Assembly: GCA_040387515.1 (NCBI GenBank)
Contig: JAZKDP010000016.1
Location: forward strand, 35,735-99,734
Source of the DNA: Pseudomonadota bacterium
GTDB lineage: Bacteria > Pseudomonadota > Gammaproteobacteria > Burkholderiales > Methylophilaceae
Direction: 5' to 3'
Length of the DNA: 64,000 bases
A program made the translations under genes and the position numbers. This document shows positions 39,996 to 51,089 of the stretch, in pieces. The notes below the pieces were generated by a model, which was not told where the DNA came from, did not search any database, and saw nothing but the letters and a program-made list of their open reading frames with translations. Each line of letters starts with the position of its first letter. Position 1 is the first letter of the stretch.

Positions 39996-42701
39996 ATGTC
40001 AGATTTAACACCTCATTTAATATTATGCGCGACAGCGCGCTTAAGCCGTGGCTTGCAGTTACATTATCAACGGCAGCTATCGCTAAAGCAAACCCAATGG
40101 CAAACGCCGCAAATCATGACTTTGCAACAATGGTTAAGCCAATTGATGCAGCAAGGCATTCTGGCTGGCGAAGTCGATACGCAAAACCTCCCTGCAATCC
40201 ATTTGAATACAATGACCGAAAAAATGCTTTGGCAACAGGCGATTCAAAGCTGCATACAAAAACACGAGTTAGCGGATTTATTTGATGTTGCCAGTTTGGC
40301 TGATGCAGCAATGGAAGCGAATCAGTTATTGATTGAATGGCAAGTGAACGATGCCGATTTAAATGATTATTTTCAATCAGTCGAAACGCGACAGTTTTTA
40401 CGTTGGCGTGCAGTATTTCAAACTTTATGTGCGCAGAATAATGCGCTGGAATCTGCGCGCATATTGGCTTTGCAAGTCGACTTTTTACCCAATACGGTTA
40501 TGCCATTGCCTGAAACAATTGAATTGGCTGGCTTTGATCGTATTACGCCGCTGGAACAACAGTTAATCAATAATCTAAACGCAAAAAACATAAATGTAAC
40601 GTTTATGCATCATCAGCAAAACGCCCAAAATACCCAGCAGATTGCCTGTGATGATAGTGATGCAGAATGTCGCGCTGCGGTGGCTTGGGCAAAAGCATCA
40701 TTAACGCAAAATCCGCAGGCAAATTTGGCGATTATCACGCCAGTATTAGGCAATATTCGCACCAAACTGGCTGATTTATTAGACGATACTTTTCATCCCG
40801 AAACCGTGCACCCAAGCTTGTATGAAACGCCGCGCATCATGGATTTTTCAATTGGCGCACCATTAAGTGAGCACGCCATGGTCGCCACCGCCCTGCGTTT
40901 ATTGCGCTTGGCAAGCAGTGGTCAAAACACTGCGCAAGCAGATTTAAGCGCGCTACTGCTAGATGCTTATTGGGGTGCTGAAACCGAAATAGATGCGCGT
41001 AGTTTGCTGGATGCGCAAATGCGCAAAAAATTAACGCGCAACGTCAGCTTACAAACATTAACGCTGTTGGCACAAAAAGCTGGCGATGATGCGCTACCCC
41101 AGTTTTTTATGCATTTAAATACGCTACAAAATGCACAAACCCAATGGCGTGGCAAAAACAAACCTGCTTATTGGGCAACGCAATTCAGTCAATTATTAAC
41201 CAACGTCAACTGGGCAAGCTCGCGCAATTTAAGCAGTTATGAATACCAAGCGCAGCAATCATGGCTAAAGGCTTTACAGAATTTTGCTGAGCTGGATACA
41301 TTAATTGGCGCAGTTTCGGCGATAGATGCCGTGAATAAACTGAATCAAATATGTAGTACCAGCATGTTTCTGCCTGAAACCATCGGCAACCCGCGCCTGC
41401 AAATTCTGGGCATGTTAGAAACCAGCGCTGTGCCTTTGGATGGTGCATGGGTATTGGGTATGAATGATCAGCACTGGCCGCCGCCAGCAAGGCCAAATGC
41501 GCTATTGCCAGTTAAACTGCAGCGCGATTTAAATATGCCAAACGCCAATACGGATGTTCAAGCCGCATTTGCGCAAAAAGTACAGCATCGTTTATTAACC
41601 AGCGCCAATGAAATTATATTTTCCTGGGCGCGCAAAGAAGCAGACCGCGAATTACGCGCTTCACCTCTATTAAGCCAATTACCTTTTGGCAGCACCGCTG
41701 CAACTGTCAACACCATTGCAGAAAAGCTCAGCGCAAAGGTTTCAGACGAATCAAACATTGAATTAATCAATGACCATATAGCGCCAGCGATTAGCTCTGC
41801 AGAAAAACTGCGTGGCGGCAGTGCTTTATTTGAAGCCCAAGCCATCTGCCCTGCCTGGGCTTTTTATCAATACAGGCTGGGTGCAAAATCACTGGAAAAC
41901 CCAACTGACGGACTAGATAGCCTTGCGCGTGGCAACTTAACCCATGCTGTGCTGCAGGCATTTTGGCTTAATTGCAAAAGCACCGCTAATCTTAAATCAC
42001 TGTCAGACTCTCAACTTGAAGCTGCTATAAAAACCGCCATTGATAGCGCGTTTAAAGACACTCGCAATATTGAAAACATTCCCAAGCAAATTCTGCAAAT
42101 TGAGCAGCAACGTTTGCAACCGCTAATTAACATTTGGCTACAGCTTGAAAAACAGCGAGCAGATTTCACCGTAAGTGCGTGCGAAGCACAACATATTTTA
42201 ATAATCGAAGACTTGGAAATCACCTTACGTATTGACCGCATTGATGCATTAGCTGACGGTAGTTTGGTAATTATTGATTACAAAACAGGCAGCAGCAAGC
42301 CCAGCCATAGCAGTTGGGCGGACGCGCGCATTATCAAACCACAAATTCCATTATATGCAGCCTTAGTGCTAAAAGAGGAGCAAGTCGTTGCCGCCTGTTT
42401 TGCCAAAGTGGATCTGTTGGAAAGCCAATTTAGCGGCGTGGCAGAAAATGACGCTTTACCTAACATTAAGCCATTTTCTGAGTTAAAAAATGGTTCTGTT
42501 TTTAAAGATTTTGCTGATTTTGAGGCGTTAATCGTGCACTGGCAACAAAGCTTAACGGCAATTGCACAGGAAATTAAAACTGGTGTGGCTAATGTGCAAT
42601 TCGAAAATGAAACAGATTTTCTGTATTGCGAAGTAAAACCTTTACTGCGTTTGCCCGAACGTGCATTGCAATTTGAAAAGCAAGCGTCAACACAAAAGTA
42701 A
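39996..42701 (+). CDS. AddB-like PD-(D/E)XK nuclease family protein (inactive-helicase scaffold + C-terminal nuclease)
   Basis: About 900 aa. The C-terminal nuclease motif is RIDRIDAL…LVIIDYKTGSS. There is no Walker A. It sits immediately upstream of a UvrD-like helicase/nuclease. Confidence 0.6.
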   Translation: MSDLTPHLILCATARLSRGLQLHYQRQLSLKQTQWQTPQIMTLQQWLSQLMQQGILAGEVDTQNLPAIHLNTMTEKMLWQQAIQSCIQKHELADLFDVASLADAAMEANQLLIEWQVNDADLNDYFQSVETRQFLRWRAVFQTLCAQNNALESARILALQVDFLPNTVMPLPETIELAGFDRITPLEQQLINNLNAKNINVTFMHHQQNAQNTQQIACDDSDAECRAAVAWAKASLTQNPQANLAIITPVLGNIRTKLADLLDDTFHPETVHPSLYETPRIMDFSIGAPLSEHAMVATALRLLRLASSGQNTAQADLSALLLDAYWGAETEIDARSLLDAQMRKKLTRNVSLQTLTLLAQKAGDDALPQFFMHLNTLQNAQTQWRGKNKPAYWATQFSQLLTNVNWASSRNLSSYEYQAQQSWLKALQNFAELDTLIGAVSAIDAVNKLNQICSTSMFLPETIGNPRLQILGMLETSAVPLDGAWVLGMNDQHWPPPARPNALLPVKLQRDLNMPNANTDVQAAFAQKVQHRLLTSANEIIFSWARKEADRELRASPLLSQLPFGSTAATVNTIAEKLSAKVSDESNIELINDHIAPAISSAEKLRGGSALFEAQAICPAWAFYQYRLGAKSLENPTDGLDSLARGNLTHAVLQAFWLNCKSTANLKSLSDSQLEAAIKTAIDSAFKDTRNIENIPKQILQIEQQRLQPLINIWLQLEKQRADFTVSACEAQHILIIEDLEITLRIDRIDALADGSLVIIDYKTGSSKPSHSSWADARIIKPQIPLYAALVLKEEQVVAACFAKVDLLESQFSGVAENDALPNIKPFSELKNGSVFKDFADFEALIVHWQQSLTAIAQEIKTGVANVQFENETDFLYCEVKPLLRLPERALQFEKQASTQK

Positions 42702-42726
42702 ATCTATAAAAACAATAAGTTAAAAA

Positions 42727-45700
42727 ATGAATAACATATTATCTCAACCAGCACTCATTCAACTGGATAGTGAAAATCGCCAACGTGCACTGGCGCTGGA
42801 AAATTTTATTGTGGAAGCGCCCGCAGGTGCGGGCAAAACAGAACTGCTGACACAACGTTATTTAAAATTACTCGCCACGGTTGAAGCACCAGAAGAAATC
42901 ATCGCGCTGACATTTACCAATAAAGCTGCTACTGAAATGCGCAACCGTATTTTAATGTCGCTGGAAGCTGCAGAAAACAATACTTTCGTTGATGCACCAC
43001 ACAAACAAGTGACGCGTGATTTAGCCAATGCGGCGCTGACACATGCAAAAAATCTTGGCTGGCAATTACTGTCACAGCCAGCGCGGTTACGCATTCAAAC
43101 CATGGATGCATTGTGTAGCAGCTTGGCGCGGCAAATGCCACTACTAAGTCGTTTTGGCGGTCAGCCAATCATTAGCACTGATGCCTATGCGCATTATCAA
43201 ACCGCGGCTCAGCAAGCACTGGCGCATATTGCGAATGAAAATAGCGACAGCATCAATGAACCCGTAAGCACCGCATTACGGTTTATGCAAAACGATATAG
43301 AAAAACTCACCGAATTATTAGCGGATATGCTGGCAAAACGCGACCAATGGCTGCCGCTGATTAGTGAACACTCTAATATTACTGTGGATGAAATTGCTGA
43401 TGGCGTAGCAAATGCACTGTCAGAATTAATAGAACAGCGGCTTGCGCTGACGTTTACGTCTATTCCAGTAAATACTCAATCTCAGTTAATGCCTATCGTG
43501 CGTTTTGCTGCCAGCAATTTAGAAGAAAATCATGCTTTGCAAATGCTAGCCGATTGGCAAACACCACTCACGGCAAGCGTGGATGATTTAGCTGCTTGGC
43601 AAATATTGGCAGATTTTTTACTGACCAACGAAGGCACTTTTAGAAAGCAATTAAATAAAAACATCGGCTTCCCAGCCAAAGATAAAAACCATCCCGAATA
43701 CGATGAGTTTAAACAACAGCTTTTGCAGACTATTGATTTAATGCCTAGCCCACAGGCTTTAGATGCAGTGCGAAAACTGCCCAATTTAAGTTTAGATTTA
43801 ATTAGCCAAGATTGCGTGATCGTTAAAGCTTTTGCGCAATTGTTGCAATTGGCAACCGCACATTTATGGACGACATTTCAAGCTGCCAACGAAGTCGATT
43901 TTGTGCAAATTGCGCAATCTGCCAGCTACGCGCTGGAAAACGAAAGTGGCGCGACGGATTTAGCGCTCAAGCTGGATTATAAAATCTCACACTTATTGGT
44001 GGATGAGTTTCAAGACACCAGTCCGACGCAAATGCGATTGATTGAGCAGTTAACATTGGGCTGGCAGCCAGACGATGGCCGCACGCTGTTTTGTGTGGGC
44101 GATCCCATGCAATCGATTTATCGCTTTCGCAAAGCGGATGTGAGTTTATTTTTAACCGCCAGTAAATCTGGTATTGGGCAATTGCCGCTTACACCACTAA
44201 AATTGACGCGCAATAACCGTAGTCATCCGCAAGTTGTCGATTGGATTAATTGCACGTTTGAGTCAGTTTTTCCTGCGGCGGATAATATTACGCAAGCCGC
44301 CATTAGCTATCGCACCTTTATTGCTACCAAAAACGCTATTGCAGGTGAAGGTGTGACTGTGCATCCGTTGGTGCTGAATAGCGATGAAGAAAGCGAACAG
44401 GCCAAACTGCTGGAAGCTCGCCATGTGGCGGATTTAATCACTACCGAACAACAGAGTAGTCCTGAAAACAAAATAGTCGTTTTAGTGCGTTCGCGTAGTC
44501 ATTTGCATGAAATAGTCTCTGTGATTCGCCGCGATTATGCACATATCCGCTTTCAAGCCGTAGAAATTGAAGGCTTGAGTGACAGACAAACAGTTTTAGA
44601 TGCGCTGTCACTCACGCGTGCAATGCTGCACCGTGCTGACCGCGTGCATTGGTTGAGTATATTGCGTGCGCCTTGGTGCGGATTAACGCTGGTCGATTTG
44701 CATGCACTGGTACATGACAATCACTCTGCGACCATTTGGCAGTTGATGCAGGATGAAAATCGCCTGCAAAAATTAAGCGTAGATGGTCAGCACCGTTTGC
44801 TGCATATGCGCGAAATTTTGGCTGAAGCATTTCAACATCAAGGTCGCATGCCTTTGCGGCGCTGGCTAGAAAGCACATGGCTTAAATTGGGCGGCGCCAA
44901 TACGTTGATTAGCGCAGGCGATAATCGCGATATTCAAGCTTTTTTTGACTTAGTGGAAAAAACCGCGCGTGGCTTTGTGCTGGATTTTAATCAGTTAGAT
45001 ACCGCTATGCAAAAACTGTATGCGCAGCCTGATATTACCGCAAATGACCAGTTGCAGTTTTTAACCATTCACGCATCCAAAGGCTTAGAATTCGATACGG
45101 TCATTTTGCCCGCGTTAAACCGCAAACCAGCCAACAATGACAGCCCGATGATGATGTGGGAAGAAGTGCCTGTGGGTAATCATCGGCAGCTATTAGCAGC
45201 GCCGGTGGCAAAAAAAATCAAAGGCAAAGCCAGCACTTATGATTTTTTAAAAGCCTTAGAAACCGAACGCATAGATAACGAAACGGCGCGTCTTTTGTAT
45301 GTGGCTGCCACGCGCAGCATTAAAAAATTGCACTTGGTTGCGGTAGTTAAACAGAATCAAAATGGCGAATTAAAGCCAGTTTCTAAATCATTATTGTCAT
45401 TGCTTTGGTCAACAGTTGAAGCGCAATATTTAGCTGCAACTCCGTTAGTCATAACGGCAGAATCCGCATTGCGATTGCAGGACTTTACGCCGCAACTGAT
45501 GCGTTTAAAAACGCCATGTGTGCCTGTTTTGTTGAATAGTCCAACGGCAAAAACGACGACTTACCCTATTAATAACGTTAACACGCCTTCTGAGCCGCAA
45601 ATATTATTGAATATCGCCGCCGATACAGGCACGCTTACACATCTGTATATGGAGATGATCGCCAATAGCGGCTTAACAGCATGGCCTGAAAGTCGAATCC

Positions 45701-46131
45701 GCGCTTGTTCGCAGGCCATGCAATATTGGTTGCAGCAAAAAGGTCATGCTGAAAATATTGCGCAAGCGCATGTGAGTGCAGTGATAACTGCACTAGTTAA
45801 TACGGTAAATAGCGCCGATTGCAAATGGCTAATGCAGCCAAGAGAAAACCGCCAAACTGAATTAAGTATTACTGCGGTTGATGCACAAGGTGAAGTGCAA
45901 GAGCATCGATTAGATCTAACGTTTATTGAGCCAGATCAAATAACGAACGCGCCCATACGCTGGATTGTGGACTACAAACTGACTTTTTTTGATGATGCTA
46001 TAGATTTAACATCAGCGGCAGAACAGCACCGCCCGCAATTATCACGCTATGCCGATTTGTTTAAAAATGAAGGCTTACAGATTCAAACAGCGGTGTATTT
46101 TTTAGCGCATGGCAAGCTGGTTTTACTCTAA
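42727..46131 (+). CDS. AddA-like UvrD/Rep-family helicase with C-terminal PD-(D/E)XK nuclease
   Basis: Walker A EAPAGAGKTE. UvrD motifs LLVDEFQDTSP and VGDPMQSIYRFR. The C-terminal nuclease motif is IVDYKLT. Confidence 0.7.
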   Translation: MNNILSQPALIQLDSENRQRALALENFIVEAPAGAGKTELLTQRYLKLLATVEAPEEIIALTFTNKAATEMRNRILMSLEAAENNTFVDAPHKQVTRDLANAALTHAKNLGWQLLSQPARLRIQTMDALCSSLARQMPLLSRFGGQPIISTDAYAHYQTAAQQALAHIANENSDSINEPVSTALRFMQNDIEKLTELLADMLAKRDQWLPLISEHSNITVDEIADGVANALSELIEQRLALTFTSIPVNTQSQLMPIVRFAASNLEENHALQMLADWQTPLTASVDDLAAWQILADFLLTNEGTFRKQLNKNIGFPAKDKNHPEYDEFKQQLLQTIDLMPSPQALDAVRKLPNLSLDLISQDCVIVKAFAQLLQLATAHLWTTFQAANEVDFVQIAQSASYALENESGATDLALKLDYKISHLLVDEFQDTSPTQMRLIEQLTLGWQPDDGRTLFCVGDPMQSIYRFRKADVSLFLTASKSGIGQLPLTPLKLTRNNRSHPQVVDWINCTFESVFPAADNITQAAISYRTFIATKNAIAGEGVTVHPLVLNSDEESEQAKLLEARHVADLITTEQQSSPENKIVVLVRSRSHLHEIVSVIRRDYAHIRFQAVEIEGLSDRQTVLDALSLTRAMLHRADRVHWLSILRAPWCGLTLVDLHALVHDNHSATIWQLMQDENRLQKLSVDGQHRLLHMREILAEAFQHQGRMPLRRWLESTWLKLGGANTLISAGDNRDIQAFFDLVEKTARGFVLDFNQLDTAMQKLYAQPDITANDQLQFLTIHASKGLEFDTVILPALNRKPANNDSPMMMWEEVPVGNHRQLLAAPVAKKIKGKASTYDFLKALETERIDNETARLLYVAATRSIKKLHLVAVVKQNQNGELKPVSKSLLSLLWSTVEAQYLAATPLVITAESALRLQDFTPQLMRLKTPCVPVLLNSPTAKTTTYPINNVNTPSEPQILLNIAADTGTLTHLYMEMIANSGLTAWPESRIRACSQAMQYWLQQKGHAENIAQAHVSAVITALVNTVNSADCKWLMQPRENRQTELSITAVDAQGEVQEHRLDLTFIEPDQITNAPIRWIVDYKLTFFDDAIDLTSAAEQHRPQLSRYADLFKNEGLQIQTAVYFLAHGKLVLL

Positions 46132-46165
46132 TTAGTTTTGCTTTAACAATATTATTTTACTCAAA

Positions 46166-46777
46166 TTACTCTTGCTTAAAATGGTGCCAGACATACCAAG
46201 CCACAAACGCTAATCCACCTGCAATGATTACATAGTGTAACTGGTGAAAATAGACTTCTAAGTCTTCCCAATGCTCGCCAGCTTTCATGCCTATGTAGCC
46301 TAACGCTCCACACCAAATAAATGAGCCTAAAAATGTATAAGCAATAAAACGTGTCATGTTCATGCGTGCCACGCCAGCAGGAAAGGCAATAAATGTGCGT
46401 ACGCCAGGCAATAATCGCGCAATAAAAATAATGATTTCACCATGTTGCGCAAACCATCTGTCCGCCATGTCTAAATCTTTTTTGCTAATCAGCACGTATT
46501 TACCGTATTTTTCTGCCAATGGCCTACCGCCAAACAGTCCCAAATAATAGGCAGGAATCGAACCAAGTACGCAACCAATCGCGCCAGCCATTGCAATGCC
46601 GAACAGCGTCATCTCGCCTTTGCTAACCAAAAAACCAGCAAACGGCATAATGATTTCAGATGGCAATGGAATACAAGCAGATTCAATCGCCATCAACAGC
46701 ACAACGCCGCCATAACCCATGCTGGATATAACGCCAATAATCCAAGTCGCTACTACGGTAATGAGTTTTTCTAGCAT
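46166..46777 (-). CDS. DedA-family inner membrane protein
   Basis: DedA/SNARE-associated signature (…FIARLLPGVRTFIAFPAGVARM…). Confidence 0.75.
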   Translation of the reverse strand: MLEKLITVVATWIIGVISSMGYGGVVLLMAIESACIPLPSEIIMPFAGFLVSKGEMTLFGIAMAGAIGCVLGSIPAYYLGLFGGRPLAEKYGKYVLISKKDLDMADRWFAQHGEIIIFIARLLPGVRTFIAFPAGVARMNMTRFIAYTFLGSFIWCGALGYIGMKAGEHWEDLEVYFHQLHYVIIAGGLAFVAWYVWHHFKQE

Positions 46778-46798
46778 TTTATACTTTCAATTTTCGTT

Positions 46799-49700
46799 TT
46801 AAACAAACTCTTTTAACAGGGTTTTAACAAATTCCGCACGATGCGCCACATTACCCAATTGCACCGTTACGCGCAATTTATCTGGACCGTTCATGCGGCA
46901 ACGGCGATCGCGTTGCAATAAATCAATCAATTTTAACGGGTCAATTTCAGTGGTTTGTGCAAAATGTAATTGAATGGCGCTATCGCTAGCATCAATTTTA
47001 TTAATGCCTAACGGTTTTGCCGCGATGCGTAATCGGTGGCAAGCCATCAGCGCTTCGCCCTGCTCTGGCAGCAAGCCAAAACGATCAATAAGCTCTTCCT
47101 GCAAACTATCTAATTCATCATCGTTATTAGCGTTTGCCAAGCGTTTATAAATCACCAAGCGCTCATGCACATCTGGACAGTAAGCATTAGTTAACAAGGC
47201 TGGCACATGCAAATTAATTTCTGTCGTCACGCCCAATGGCGCGTTTAAATCGGGTTCTTTGCCAGCTTTTAGTTGCTTAACAGCATGATTCAGCATATCG
47301 GAATACAAACTAAAACCAATTTCCTGCATCTCGCCACTTTGACTGTCACCCAGCAATTCACCCGCACCGCGAATCTCTAAATCGTGCATCGCCAAATGAA
47401 AGCCTGCGCCTAAATCTTCTAATAATTGAATCGCATCTAAACGTTTTTGCGCTTGGGGTGTGATTTTACGATGCTCATCGGTGAGTAAATACGCATAGGC
47501 TTGATGATGCGAACGCCCTACTCGGCCGCGCAATTGGTGCAATTGCGCCAAGCCGAACATATCCGCGCGATTCATGATAATCGTGTTAGCCGTCGGCACG
47601 TCAATGCCAGTTTCAATAATAGTGGTACAAAGCAAAATATTGCTGCGCTGCTGATAAAAATCACGCATCACGTGTTCTAGCTCACGCTCCCGTAACTGGC
47701 CGTGCGCAATCGCAATGCGCGCCTCGGGAATAATTTTTTCCAGTTTTTCTTTTTGCACAAAAATGGTGTCCACTTCGTTATGCAAAAAGTAAACTTGGCC
47801 GCCGCGTTTAAATTCGCGCATCACCGCTTCGCGAATAATGCCGTCAGAATAATAAGTATGGAACGTTTTAATGCTTAAGCGTTTTTGCGGCGGTGTGGCA
47901 ATTACGCTGAACTCACGCAAACCTTCCATCGCCATACTGAGTGTACGCGGAATCGGCGTTGCGGTGAGCGTTAATATATCCACTTCTGCGCGCAAGGCTT
48001 TTAACTGCTCTTTTTGGCGCACGCCAAAGCGGTGTTCTTCATCTAAAATCGCCAAGCCTAAGTTCTTAAAGATCACATCTTTTTGAATCAGACGATGCGT
48101 ACCAATAATAATATCGACCTTGCCCTCAGCCAAATCAGCCAGCGCTTGTTTTTGTTCTTTGGCTGTTCTGAAACGAGAAATTTCGGCAATCTTAATCGGC
48201 CACTCTGCAAATCTGTCACAGAAGTTTTGATAATGCTGCTCGGCCAATAAAGTGGTTGGTACTAGCACGGCAACCTGCCTGCCACCCATCACTGCAACGA
48301 ATGCGGCGCGTAACGCAACCTCTGTCTTGCCAAAGCCTACATCACCACATACAAGCCTGTCCATTGGTCGGCCTGATTGCATATCTTTGATAACGTTTTC
48401 AATCGCTTCCAACTGGTCTGGCGTTTCCTCAAATGGAAAACCTTCACAGAAAGCTTCATAATCTTTTAAACTTAAGGTAAAAGCGTGACCGCGCCGCGCC
48501 GCGCGTTGTGCATATAAATTCAGCAATTCTGCTGCCGTATCACGAATTTGTTTAAGGGCTTTTTTCTTGGCCTTTTCCCACTGACCAGACCCCAAACGAT
48601 GTAAAGGCGCACTTTCTGGCGGCCCACCTGAATAACGGGAAATTAAGAATAATTGCGAAACGGGCACATATAACTTATCGTCACCGAAATACTCCAGCAG
48701 CAAAAACTCGTTTTCACCTTCACCGAAATCTAAATTCATCAAACCTTTGTAACGCCCTACGCCGTGCTGCTCGTGCACGACTGGGTCGTTCATATGCAAC
48801 TCGGATAAATCCTTGAGCATGCCCTCAGTATTGCGCGCTTTTTCTTTTTCGCGCCTACGTTGTTGGCGTACGGTGCCTGAATATAATTCTGACTCAGTGA
48901 TGACAATGGCATCATCATAAAAACCATGATGCAAAGGTGAAACGCCTAACATGATTGGCGCATCGCTGGTTTGAAAGTCTGCCCAAGTTTCGCCAGTAGG
49001 CATGTGAATGCCATGCTCTGCAAACAACTGCAGTATGGTTTCGCGGCGACCTAAACTTTCTGCGGTAATTAAAATGCGTTTCTTTTTGGCTTTGATAAAC
49101 GCCTGCAATTTATGCAAAGGCTGTTCGGCTCGGCGCTCAATATCTAAAGCAGGTAACGGACTTTTGGCTTCATGGGTTAACGTTAAAACAGGATAGTTTT
49201 GCGTTTGCGCGAAAAAATCATCGGTTTTAATCAGCAAAACTTCTGGTTTTAAAATCGGCCGTTCTGGGTCGTGCGCCAGTAATCTGTACCTTGAGTTTGC
49301 CTCTGTCCAAAATTGCTGCGCGGCTTTGTCGCAATTGCCGTGTAAACAGAGCGTGGTATTTTCCGGCAAGTAATCCAGCAGATTAGAAGTCTCATCAAAA
49401 AACAGCGGCAAATACCATTCGATGCCGCCACTGGCAACTCCCTTGCTCACATTTTTATAAATGGTCGCGCGTTGCGGATCGCCTTCAAATTGCTCTCTAA
49501 AATGACTTCTAAATGTCGCAATGCCTTTATCATCTAGCGGAAATTCGCGTGCAGGCAATAGTCTAATTTCTGGCACTGGATACAAACTGCGTTGCGTATC
49601 CACGTCAAACGTGCGGATGGTTTCAATCTCATCATCAAACAAATCAATGCGATACGGCAGCACACTGCCCATGGGGAATAAATCCACCAATCCGCCACGC

Positions 49701-50200
49701 ACACTGAACTCACCCGGTGAAATCACTTGACTAACGTGGTGATAACCCGCCTGTGCGCATTGATGGCGCAGCGCTTCTAAATTAAGTTTTTGGCCTTTTT
49801 TGAGCATAAAGCTATGCCCAGCCAAATATGCCACCGCAGGCAAACGAATCAGTGCCGTCGCAATCGGGACTAATATGACATCACATTGATTTTGGCTAAT
49901 TTGGTACAAAGTAGCCAAGCGTTCCGAAATCAAATCTGGATGCGGTGAAAACACATCGTAAGGCAGCGTTTCCCAGTCTGGCAGCAAGTGTACGCTTAGC
50001 TCTGGTGCAAAATATGGAATCTCTTCCAGCAGTCTTTGTGCTTCAAACGCATTTGACGTAATCACCACTAATGGCGATTTTTTAGCAGAAAGTGTTGTTT
50101 TTAAGCTACATGCAAGTGATGCTAGAGATAAGCTATCTAAGCCATTGGCAGCATAAGAAAAACGACTTTTTTGACCTGGCTTTGGGGGAGTTAACTGCAT
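46799..50200 (-). CDS. mfd: Transcription-repair coupling factor
   Basis: 1133 aa with a UvrB-homology N-terminus and an SF2 translocase core (GDVGFGKTEVA, DEEHRFG, HQLRGRVGR). Confidence 0.92.
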   Translation of the reverse strand: MQLTPPKPGQKSRFSYAANGLDSLSLASLACSLKTTLSAKKSPLVVITSNAFEAQRLLEEIPYFAPELSVHLLPDWETLPYDVFSPHPDLISERLATLYQISQNQCDVILVPIATALIRLPAVAYLAGHSFMLKKGQKLNLEALRHQCAQAGYHHVSQVISPGEFSVRGGLVDLFPMGSVLPYRIDLFDDEIETIRTFDVDTQRSLYPVPEIRLLPAREFPLDDKGIATFRSHFREQFEGDPQRATIYKNVSKGVASGGIEWYLPLFFDETSNLLDYLPENTTLCLHGNCDKAAQQFWTEANSRYRLLAHDPERPILKPEVLLIKTDDFFAQTQNYPVLTLTHEAKSPLPALDIERRAEQPLHKLQAFIKAKKKRILITAESLGRRETILQLFAEHGIHMPTGETWADFQTSDAPIMLGVSPLHHGFYDDAIVITESELYSGTVRQQRRREKEKARNTEGMLKDLSELHMNDPVVHEQHGVGRYKGLMNLDFGEGENEFLLLEYFGDDKLYVPVSQLFLISRYSGGPPESAPLHRLGSGQWEKAKKKALKQIRDTAAELLNLYAQRAARRGHAFTLSLKDYEAFCEGFPFEETPDQLEAIENVIKDMQSGRPMDRLVCGDVGFGKTEVALRAAFVAVMGGRQVAVLVPTTLLAEQHYQNFCDRFAEWPIKIAEISRFRTAKEQKQALADLAEGKVDIIIGTHRLIQKDVIFKNLGLAILDEEHRFGVRQKEQLKALRAEVDILTLTATPIPRTLSMAMEGLREFSVIATPPQKRLSIKTFHTYYSDGIIREAVMREFKRGGQVYFLHNEVDTIFVQKEKLEKIIPEARIAIAHGQLRERELEHVMRDFYQQRSNILLCTTIIETGIDVPTANTIIMNRADMFGLAQLHQLRGRVGRSHHQAYAYLLTDEHRKITPQAQKRLDAIQLLEDLGAGFHLAMHDLEIRGAGELLGDSQSGEMQEIGFSLYSDMLNHAVKQLKAGKEPDLNAPLGVTTEINLHVPALLTNAYCPDVHERLVIYKRLANANNDDELDSLQEELIDRFGLLPEQGEALMACHRLRIAAKPLGINKIDASDSAIQLHFAQTTEIDPLKLIDLLQRDRRCRMNGPDKLRVTVQLGNVAHRAEFVKTLLKEFV

Positions 50201-50339
50201 AAATGAACTTGAAAATGACTTGGATAATGAGGGCTTATTACCTATTATAACCTTAAGCCTGATGGTTCAATAATATAGGTTATAACAATAAAAGAATAAT
50301 TAAGTATAAATAAAAAAAGTCTTGAGGAGCTTCAGTCAC

Positions 50340-51062
50340 ATGAACGATAAGCCTATTAACGATAAGCCCATCAACGATAAACAAACCGTCGCGATACATG
50401 CCGCGAATTACGTCAAAAATGGCATGCTGGTTGGCTTAGGCACAGGATCTACCGCTAATTACTTTATCGAAGAACTAGCGCGCCGCCAGCTTGATGAAAA
50501 CCTAAAAGTCACCACGATTGCCAGCTCGACTATCAGTATGATTAAAGCGCAAAGCTTGGGTTTAAATGTCATTGCGCTTAACCAAGTTTCCGAGATTGAT
50601 TTGTATGTCGATGGCGCAGATGAAATCACGCCAGATATGACGCTGCTGAAAGGTCGTGGCTATGATTTGGTGCTTGAAAAGCTATTAGCAAAAGCGGCTA
50701 AACAATTTTTAGTGGTGGCCGATAAAAGTAAATTAGTAGAGCGCATCGGTACCAATTTTGCCATTCCTATCGAAGTGATGCCAATGGCTTGGAAAACGGT
50801 TAAGCACAGCTTAGAGTCTGTTGGGGGTGTGGGAAATTTGCGTCAGAATGTCGCAAAAGATGGCTTAACCGTTACATCGCATGGCAGCTTGGTGCTGGAT
50901 ATGAGTTTTGATAAATCCATCTCAGAAACGCAATTAAACCAGCTGATTAATAATACGCCTGGCGTGGTAGAGCATGGCATTTTTTGTGGGCTCGCCAGCG
51001 GCATACTCATTGCAGATAGCGGCAATGTGACTGAACTGAGTTCTGAAGATAAGCGGAAATAG
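50340..51062 (+). CDS. rpiA: Ribose-5-phosphate isomerase A
   Basis: GLGTGSTANYF and DGADE motifs. The N-terminus carries an NDKPI tandem repeat. An alternative start lies at 50322. Confidence 0.85.
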   Translation: MNDKPINDKPINDKQTVAIHAANYVKNGMLVGLGTGSTANYFIEELARRQLDENLKVTTIASSTISMIKAQSLGLNVIALNQVSEIDLYVDGADEITPDMTLLKGRGYDLVLEKLLAKAAKQFLVVADKSKLVERIGTNFAIPIEVMPMAWKTVKHSLESVGGVGNLRQNVAKDGLTVTSHGSLVLDMSFDKSISETQLNQLINNTPGVVEHGIFCGLASGILIADSGNVTELSSEDKRK

Positions 51063-51089
51063 CTTTTGCTAACGCTTAAGGCTGCATTT

